DNA from: a virus
Lineage: Duplodnaviria; Caudoviricetes
DNA: 41,933 nt
Reading direction: 5' to 3' (one strand)
Virus record (IMG/VR): IMGVR_UViG_3300048848_000230
Coordinates: 1 to 41,933 of that record
Each line of letters starts with the position of its first letter. Position 1 is the first letter of the stretch. The position numbers and the translations under genes were made by a program. Below, one piece after another: positions 1-6,577 of the stretch. Below the pieces are notes generated by a model. It made no database searches and was not told where the DNA came from. It saw only the letters and a program-made list of their open reading frames with translations.

Positions 1-750
1 GTGAGCGCCAACCTGTTCGCGAGCATCGCAAACGGCGTTCTCAGCCGCACCCCCGGCTCTCGTAAGGAAGGCGCCGCGACTGATCCGGTCCGACGTCAAA
101 GCTATCACGAAGCGTCGTCAAAGGCTCAGCCCTGGCGCATTCACCGACACGGAAACGGCAGCCGCAAGCACTGGTCCGCGATCAAGGGAGCGGCGCTGGG
201 CGCATTCGACCGCCTGTATCGCGCGCATTCCATTGCCTTGAGCAAAGCGCGCGCCGATCGCCGCGCAGGCCTTCGTGACGACGTGCCCCGTGTCGAGCAT
301 CGGCTCCACGGCGACGACCGGGCTGTTCTCTGGTACATGCTTGATCGCTACAACCACATGACGGGCCAGCTATATCCGACATACGCCACGATCGCGGCTG
401 AGACAGGAAAGAGCCTCGGCTTCGTGAAAGCGTCGCTGCATCGCCTGCGCCGCGTCGGCTTCATCTGCTGGGTACGCCGCACCAAGACGAAGGAGGGCGC
501 TGAAGGTCAGGCCGGTCCGCAATTGGAGCAGGCGTCCAACGCCTACTTTTTCGCCTGGGCGGAGCAGCTGGTGACCGAAGCCAAGTCGACGTTCCAGAAC
601 CTGCTGACGATCGCGATGCGCAAGCTGCGGAGTGCCCCTAAGCCCGCCCGCCCCACCGTTCCCAGCGATCCTAAGTGTGCCGCCCTCCTTGAGCGGATGA
701 GCCGCGCAATCGATCGGCGCGATGCAGCCACGTCGAGCGCGAGTTCATAG
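1..750 (+). CDS. Helix-turn-helix protein, putative replication initiator
   Basis: 249 aa; wHTH-like segment GQLYPTYATIAAETGKSLGFVKASLHRLRRVGFICWVRR then EQASNAY, typical of alphaproteobacterial Rep-like HTH proteins; no P2 gpA in the window. Confidence 0.6.
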   Translation: MSANLFASIANGVLSRTPGSRKEGAATDPVRRQSYHEASSKAQPWRIHRHGNGSRKHWSAIKGAALGAFDRLYRAHSIALSKARADRRAGLRDDVPRVEHRLHGDDRAVLWYMLDRYNHMTGQLYPTYATIAAETGKSLGFVKASLHRLRRVGFICWVRRTKTKEGAEGQAGPQLEQASNAYFFAWAEQLVTEAKSTFQNLLTIAMRKLRSAPKPARPTVPSDPKCAALLERMSRAIDRRDAATSSASS

Positions 751-1222
751 TCTGCCGACTACCCGCGGATAGAATTAGATCTGAAGAGGAATCGCTACGC
801 GATACGCTGGTTTGATGGTCCCCTACCCTGCAAGCGCCCCAATCGCCCGCTACCGACCGCCCATCGGCGACTGTCGGTCGCGGCGGCTTGCGCCGCCACG
901 TAGGCTCGGCGACGGGGACGAGCTGAAAGCGTGCCAACAGATCTGCCATGTTATCGTCGCCGACAGGCTGGCTGGGACGATCTGGCGTGTGATGCCAATC
1001 GCAAAAGGCTGGCCGCGGGCTCGCTTGTACTAAGCTCAGTCAGCGGGACTGGGCGAGTTATTGAAGACCAAATGTGCTTCGCATCAAGCAGCACGAAATT
1101 AAATTGGCCGCCTCCTCGGCATGAACAAACATAACTACATGAAACCAACCGGGGCCAATGAGCGCTGTAGCGGGAACTCGGATTGCGCGCTGCATGTGAC
1201 TTTGAATTACGAGGAGCGAACT

Positions 1223-1925
1223 ATGTCTCAGACTGCCCCAGGCGATCCCGAAAAACCAGGTCCTGGCGAGATCATTGTACGCGCGCCCGCTAGGCCGATA
1301 AGCGGCCCAGGCGGCGGCGGCGGTGATGGCGGTGGCGGCCGAGGCCCGGGCCCCGGCGGGAGCGGAGGATCTGGACCATCGACTATTCGTGACAGAACGT
1401 ACGTCGGAGGGACGGCGAACGATGACGACGCAATCTTAGTTGTCGGCCTGCTCATGAAGCAGCGGCGCGAGGATCGTAGTGGCCCGGGGATCGGTAACTG
1501 ACTATCGAACCGATCTGGCCAACAAAAGGCCGCGAGGGTGCCCGAAGGGTACAACATGGAAGGTAGTTCCAGGGATGTTCTTCCCTGATACTAACGAGGT
1601 TGTCATTGCAGTCGTCGGTCACAACACTGCGGAAGGACCGCACGTGCCTGGCTATGGAGAAGGACAGGGCTCGCAAAACATGCTTGTCCATGAGATCGCT
1701 CACGCGATAGCGCAAGCAACTAAAGCGTGGAAGTCAAACGCTTTCATCGAAGCTCGGAAGGCGGATCTTGCACAATTAACGGCATACGAGAGGCAGCCTG
1801 GAAATGCGGGTCTTTCCGAAACTTATGCCGAGAGTGCCGCTCGGTTTTATGGAGGCTCCTATGGATCAATCGTCACGCCTCATCTTGACGCTTACTTCCG
1901 CGCTCATCCTATCGGCTCTAAGTAG
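1223..1925 (+). pseudogene. Split zincin metallopeptidase (anthrax lethal factor/Pro-Pro endopeptidase-like) with Gly/Pro-rich N-terminus
   Basis: ORF 1223-1501 (Gly-rich) overlaps ORF 1479-1925 carrying SVTDY..PRG..TW..VPG, HEIAH (HExxH) and ETYAE; the second frame is open from 1458, implying a frame break near 1455-1460. Confidence 0.55.
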
Positions 1926-2181
1926 TTGCACAGCGCAAAAAGATAATGTGATTACAGGAGTAGAGAGTGATATGGCCGAAGCTGAAGATACGATTGGGGT
2001 AGCCACCCAAGAGCCCGATGGCACCATTGTTCTCAACTTGCGAGCAGATGGCCCGCTTGAGGCGACCGGTAACGCTCTTCTGCGCTACCCGCCGTCGCAT
2101 CCTGATTATGGGATGGTGAAGAATCATGTCGGGCCCATTCCGCCTGGCGGCTCGGTTATGGTCAAACCATTCCCTGAATGA
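1861..2181 (+). CDS. Small hypothetical protein, possible lipoprotein or immunity partner (alternative start 1972)
   Basis: Core IGVATQEPDGTIVLNLRA..LRYPPSHPDY..KPFPE; from ATG 1861 a hydrophobic stretch ends in LSSC (lipobox-like). Confidence 0.6.
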   Translation: MDQSSRLILTLTSALILSALSSCTAQKDNVITGVESDMAEAEDTIGVATQEPDGTIVLNLRADGPLEATGNALLRYPPSHPDYGMVKNHVGPIPPGGSVMVKPFPE

Positions 2182-2504
2182 TGTAAGGGACGTTGCCGGG
2201 AACCTTGGGGAAGGGATTGCGACGCGATCCGCTGATGCGCTTACCCCCTCCCTTCGGACCTCATCGCCACGGTGACCCAAGCGACCAGGTACGAGGCCCC
2301 TCGTGCCGCTTGCCTCCTTTGCAGGCATAGCATCAGAAATAGGCTGGTGATGTGCCAATAGATGCATCCCGGATTGTCGCGGCTCGGCTAGCTGCGTCGA
2401 TCTGCGTCGCGACGGGCCTGCGAGATTACGCACAGCACAGGCCCGCCCCCTCTGTAGCCTCAGAGGTGATGTGGCTGCGTCGAAAGCGCCACGGAAAGAG
2501 CGCG

Positions 2505-2527
2505 GGCGAGGCGGGGGTCTCTGCGCG
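2505..2527 (+). other. P2-type cos (cohesive end/packaging) site candidate
   Basis: GGCGAGGCGGGGGTCTCTGCGCG shares its first 12 nt and the downstream TGCGCG with the P2 end GGCGAGGCGGGGAAAGCACTGCGCG (recalled); non-coding and on the downstream side of the portal gene, as in P2. Confidence 0.7.
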
Positions 2528-2762
2528 TAAATCGGGGTCGCAGCACCGGGCATGCCTATCCGGCCAGACGCCGCCGGAGAGCCCCGAGGAACGTGACGGG
2601 ACGCCGCCGGCGCTTCTGGCGACCACCGGCGCGGGCGCGCTCAGCGGGCTTCCTAACGGCCTACGGAGCCACCCCGCTCTTGCTCGGGCAGGACGCCGCG
2701 CAGCACTCCGGGCAACTTTCTTTCGCATCGACAGGCGGGCCGGTCCTGCTACCCTGCCCCGC

Positions 2763-3386
2763 ATGTGCAACCGTGCCCGCATGCTTGGCGAACCCGAGAC
2801 GATCCGCGCGCGCTTCGGCGCCGACTGGCTTGCCGATCGGCCGATGGACAACCGCTTCAACCCGGCCGAACTCGTACCCCGTGGCCGCGCGTATGTGGTG
2901 CGCGATCGGGACGGTACGCGCGGCATCGATGTGATGAGCTGGGACGTGCTCGGCGGCCAGGCCAAGTGGCCCATGACGAACGTCCGCCGGTTGGGCTTGC
3001 CGCAGTGGCGCCGCCTCGCGGCCGAGCCGCGCAACCGCTGCCTGGTGCCGCTTACAGAGTTCTGCGAGTGGACGCCCGAAAAGGATCCGGAACACGGCAT
3101 CAAGGGCGAGATGTGGTTCGCGGTCCCTTCGCAGCCGATCTTCGCCGTGGCGGGCTTCTGGCAGGAGACGGCGAAAGGCGCCGGCTTCACGTTGGTGACT
3201 TGCGATCCCAACGAGCTGGTCGCGCCAATCCACCCGAAAGCGATGATAACCGTGCTGCAGCCCCAGGATCACGACCGCTGGTTGACCGGCAGCTATGACG
3301 AGATCGTCTCGCTTCAGCGGCCGTTCCGGGCAGCGGACATGACCGTCCGAGGCCCGGTGTTTCCCACCCGCACGGACGCGCGCTGA
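2763..3386 (+). CDS. SOS response-associated peptidase (SRAP/YedK/HMCES family)
   Basis: Starts MCN (catalytic Cys2); TNVR, RCLVPLTEFCEW, FAVAGFW and PNELVAPIHPKAM motifs. Confidence 0.9.
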   Translation: MCNRARMLGEPETIRARFGADWLADRPMDNRFNPAELVPRGRAYVVRDRDGTRGIDVMSWDVLGGQAKWPMTNVRRLGLPQWRRLAAEPRNRCLVPLTEFCEWTPEKDPEHGIKGEMWFAVPSQPIFAVAGFWQETAKGAGFTLVTCDPNELVAPIHPKAMITVLQPQDHDRWLTGSYDEIVSLQRPFRAADMTVRGPVFPTRTDAR

Positions 3387-3442
3387 TCGCGGCGGCTTAC
3401 GCTTATCGCAACGGGCGACCTCAAACTGCCTTGCACGAATCG

Positions 3443-3457
3443 GATCAAAAGGAGAAC
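3443..3457 (+). promoter_or_regulatory. Alphaproteobacterial LexA (SOS) box candidate
   Basis: GATC-AAAAGGA-GAAC, one mismatch to GAAC-N7-GAAC, just upstream of ORF 3466. Confidence 0.6.
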
Positions 3458-3465
3458 ATGGCGCC

Positions 3466-3657
3466 ATGACGACGCCCGACTCCTTCAGCCTCGCCCAATG
3501 TCTCCTCTGCGCTCCTGCCTGGGCACGCGTTGGGCTTACCGCGCCCAGCGAGCGCCTCAGAGAAGCCGCAGCGACCGAGCTGGCTCAAACGATTATCTGC
3601 GCCCTGGAGGGAGCGCAGACGGTGCAGGACGCACGGCAGATGCCGCTCCCGCTTTGA
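3466..3657 (+). CDS. Small hypothetical protein with C-terminal QMPLPL (beta-clamp-binding-like)
   Basis: 63 aa, AGGAG upstream, APAWARVGLTAPSERLREAAA core. Confidence 0.7.
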   Translation: MTTPDSFSLAQCLLCAPAWARVGLTAPSERLREAAATELAQTIICALEGAQTVQDARQMPLPL

Positions 3658-3658
3658 G

Positions 3659-3955
3659 GTGGGCCATAACACAAGGCTCGACAGCCTCAGCGATCTCGCC
3701 AAGCACAAAGCGAATCTGCGCGTCCGCTGCTCATGCGGCGCAGAGCATATCTTCGATGTGAACCGGCTTTACCGGTACGCGATCCTGCGGTGCTGGAACA
3801 CGCAACTCGGGGCGCTCGGTCATCGCCTCCGCTGCCACAGATGCGGGCGGCGCGGTCCGCGCCTCAGCGCCACGCCTGAGCTTCCCACGCCCGCGGATCC
3901 GTTTCCGCGTTCGGAAGACGCGTGGAAGCGGCTGCACCGACGGTTGAGAAGTTGA
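3659..3955 (+). CDS. Small zinc-finger-like protein
   Basis: GTG 1 nt after the previous stop; CSCG and CHRCG Cys pairs. Confidence 0.7.
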   Translation: MGHNTRLDSLSDLAKHKANLRVRCSCGAEHIFDVNRLYRYAILRCWNTQLGALGHRLRCHRCGRRGPRLSATPELPTPADPFPRSEDAWKRLHRRLRS

Positions 3956-3984
3956 AAGACAGCTACGCCCGCTTCCGGTCATTC

Positions 3985-4116
3985 GCGGCGGAGAGGCCCT
4001 CCGCCCTGCTCCGACAGACACCGCAGAAAAGCTTGGTTCAAGAGTGGTTACGGGAGAGCGATACCCCGGAGGTACCCCCAAACGGCGACGACAGGAAACG
4101 CCCAATAGCCGACTTT
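3985..4116 (+). repeat. Cassette-boundary repeat, copy 1 (att-like element)
   Basis: GCGGCGGAGAGGCCCTCCGCC..CAGACACCGCAGAAAA..ATACCCCGGAGGTACCCCC..CAGGAAACGCCCAATAGCCGACTTT. Confidence 0.92.
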
Positions 4117-4163
4117 GCGCTCGGGTGCCGGATTGCTACCCTTGATGAGAACGGAGCGCTGCG

Positions 4164-4622
4164 ATGAGCCTGATGTTTTTCCTTGCTGCACTCTTTGCCC
4201 TTCCGACGGGGGATCAACCCCTGGAGAGTCTGGCAACACGAAATTTCCAAGTAGATGCGTGGTACTGCGACGGCACCGGCTGCGCAGACACGCCGCGGCG
4301 GTTCGCCGGCACAGTACAATTTGACACGGCCAGATCGAGTTTGCCTGCGGATGTGAAGGGATTCGGGCCGGAGAGCTGGACCGCCGTTCTCACTTGCAAC
4401 GCGACGCGGGGACGGCTCACCACCTGCCGTGTTGAGCCAGATTCGACAGCGACCGGTGAGGCAGCGGAGCATGCCCTAGCACTGACGCGGCGTTTACATC
4501 TCAGATCAGCCCCGGCAGTTCGCAACAAGCGAGCCACAATCCTTCTGAGCATCATGTACTCGGCAGAAGAATGCGGGTGGCAGTGCATCCCTACCCCCGC
4601 GCCGCCCGGATTGCGGGGCTGA
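4164..4622 (+). CDS. Hypothetical secreted protein (cassette 1), weak TonB-C-terminal-like pattern
   Basis: Hydrophobic N-terminus MSLMFFLAALFAL, paired Cys, GGAG upstream; fills the space between repeats 1 and 2. Confidence 0.65.
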   Translation: MSLMFFLAALFALPTGDQPLESLATRNFQVDAWYCDGTGCADTPRRFAGTVQFDTARSSLPADVKGFGPESWTAVLTCNATRGRLTTCRVEPDSTATGEAAEHALALTRRLHLRSAPAVRNKRATILLSIMYSAEECGWQCIPTPAPPGLRG

Positions 4623-4657
4623 CTCAACGGCAGCTAACCACCCACTTGCGGCCATCC

Positions 4658-4790
4658 AAGGCGGAGACGCCCTCCGCCCTGTTCTATCAGACACCGCAGA
4701 AAACCTAGGTTCAAGAGCCGCTACCGGCGAGCGATACCCCGGCGGTACCCCCGAACGGCAACGGCAGGAAACGCCCACTTTACACCATTC
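4658..4790 (+). repeat. Cassette-boundary repeat, copy 2
   Basis: GGCGGAGACGCCCTCCGCC..CAGACACCGCAGAAAACCTAGGTTCAAGAG..ATACCCCGGCGGTACCCCC..CGGCAGGAAACGCCC. Confidence 0.92.
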
Positions 4791-4830
4791 GCACCCGTAG
4801 ACGCTGATCCGTAAAGCCGCCGTCGTCGCT

Positions 4831-5292
4831 TCAGGAGATGTAAAGCGTCCGGATTTCGCCGCGTCGCTGCCAGCCCTTGGAAGTTCGGACATAACGGCCT
4901 TCAGACCGCCCACCGCAGAGCCCAGTACACAAACGATCAAAGTGAACGATAGCCGTTATCCCGTCAGCGCTTAATTCAGCGATGTTGATCGAATAGATAA
5001 AAGCCGGCTTGGTAAAATGTCCTGGGATAGGGGCGCCAACGCTGGCCCGCTTTCGCGCCTCATCATCTGCCAAAGGATACCCTGCCGGAAGCTCACTTTT
5101 CAGCTGCGGGCAGATCTCTAACAAATCCTCTCGGGACCGACCTACACCGGCGTAGTAGGTATCATAATCAGGGCTGCGATCGATCATGGGTAGATCGCGG
5201 ATAGCAACACGACCGACGTCGCATATCGCAGCCGACGTTGCCACGGTTGGGGCAACAGCAGCAGCTAAAAGGCCCTTGATCAACGCCAGCAT
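4831..5292 (-). CDS. Hypothetical secreted protein (cassette 2)
   Basis: ATG 5292 with AGGAG; signal-like MLALIKGLLAAAVA; C-terminal CTGLCGG..Y..TSKGW. Confidence 0.7.
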   Translation of the reverse strand: MLALIKGLLAAAVAPTVATSAAICDVGRVAIRDLPMIDRSPDYDTYYAGVGRSREDLLEICPQLKSELPAGYPLADDEARKRASVGAPIPGHFTKPAFIYSINIAELSADGITAIVHFDRLCTGLCGGRSEGRYVRTSKGWQRRGEIRTLYIS

Positions 5293-5453
5293 GCCACTCT
5301 CCTGCGATAAGGACACACCGTCGTCCGATCGGCCTTTTGCTGCAAGAGGGACAAGAGGGCCGGCGTAAACCAACGAGCCGCTGGGAGAATGTCGGCTAAC
5401 AAGAACTCGAACCTCAAAGCCGCCGGACCGCTCACCACGACTTCAAGACGCTA

Positions 5454-5583
5454 GCGGCGGAGACACCCTCCGCCTGTCTGCCGCAGACAGCGCAGAACGG
5501 CTAGGTTCTACGCGCGTTTTGCCGATTGATACCCCGGCGGTACCCCCGGTGAAACCGGAGGAAGCGCCGACTTGTGGACGTTC
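5454..5583 (+). repeat. Cassette-boundary repeat, copy 3
   Basis: GCGGCGGAGACACCCTCCGCC..CAGACAGCGCAGAA..CTAGGTTC..ATACCCCGGCGGTACCCCC..GGAAGCGCC. Confidence 0.9.
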
Positions 5584-5638
5584 ACGATTGTAGTTTTCGA
5601 TACAGGCGGCTGCGGCGGCAAGCCGCCGCGCCTTGTCA

Positions 5639-6265
5639 TCAGTCCAGTTTTTCGAGGGCCCGATCATAGACCTTTAGCAGGTCCTGCCCTGTCTTCACGG
5701 TGGTGGTCGCATACATCCGGTTAAGGCCTATCGCCCGCTGCGTGTCACGGACCTGCTCCTGGCTCATGGAGCTAGGATCGTCACCCAGCGTGGCAGCCAT
5801 CTCGATGTATGGCTTCCGCGCTTCTTGCTGAAGTCCGTTGAAGGTACGGCTAGCGGAATAAGCCAGGGCCAAAGCTTGCGCTTCTTCGTAGGGCATGTGG
5901 GCCAGAGCTTGGGTGGCGACTGTGCTTTCCCAAGCCGCAGTACGCATCTCGGTGAAATCGACATTGATGGCGATGTCTTCGCCAGCGGCCTTGTCACCAA
6001 CGGATCTAGATCGAAGATACGCGGACATGCGGTTCAGGCCTGCGACAGCGCTCCGTTCCGTCGCCAGCGACTTCATTAAGCCGTCTCGGTTATCCTCAAG
6101 CTCCTTGCGGAGATTCGCACGGGCCTGCTCCACCAGCTCGTGATGATGCCAAGCCTCCACGCCTGCCTCTAGACTCAACGCAATCAGGATGCCGACGGTA
6201 ATGGTGCTGATCTCGATCAAGAATTCGCGCACTGAATGCGCCATCTTAGGAATATGAATGTGCAC
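5639..6265 (-). CDS. Hypothetical membrane-anchored helical protein (cassette 3)
   Basis: GTG 6265 with G-rich RBS; one TM segment EFLIEISTITVGILIALSL, then helical domain with TAAWES. Confidence 0.8.
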   Translation of the reverse strand: MHIHIPKMAHSVREFLIEISTITVGILIALSLEAGVEAWHHHELVEQARANLRKELEDNRDGLMKSLATERSAVAGLNRMSAYLRSRSVGDKAAGEDIAINVDFTEMRTAAWESTVATQALAHMPYEEAQALALAYSASRTFNGLQQEARKPYIEMAATLGDDPSSMSQEQVRDTQRAIGLNRMYATTTVKTGQDLLKVYDRALEKLD

Positions 6266-6436
6266 TGCGATTGCCCCCCTCACAAACGAGAGGCCGCATC
6301 GCAGCGGTTTAGCCGACGGGTCAAGCCGCTTTCAGTTCGGCGTCGAAGCTCGGCTTGTGCCGGGTTGGTCACCCCCTAGCTCACTCTTGATGAGCGAGCG
6401 GAAGCTCAGGCCACCGACATGACTAGATCGACATTC

Positions 6437-6574
6437 GCGGCGGAGAGACCCTCCGCCTCGAACCCGCAGGTGCTGCAGAAAAGCGCCGAGTCACGCCGGA
6501 AGGTCCGGCCTAAGTACCCCTACAACACCCCCGCCGTTTAGGCAGCCGCAGCGACTAGGGCGAGAGCGACCTTC
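6437..6574 (+). repeat. Cassette-boundary repeat, copy 4 (most diverged)
   Basis: GCGGCGGAGAGACCCTCCGCC..GCAGGTGCTGCAGAAAA..GTACCCCTACAACACCCCC at the same spacing as the other copies. Confidence 0.8.
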
Positions 6575-6577
6575 GAA

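Noticed and set aside
2352-2762. N-terminal extension of the SRAP ORF in the track
   Set aside because: SRAP needs Cys at position 2 (start 2763); the extension crosses the cos-like non-coding region
3987-4005. tRNA gene or fragment suggested by CCCTCCGCC
   Set aside because: No T-loop GTTCGA or cloverleaf; only an acceptor-end-like resemblance
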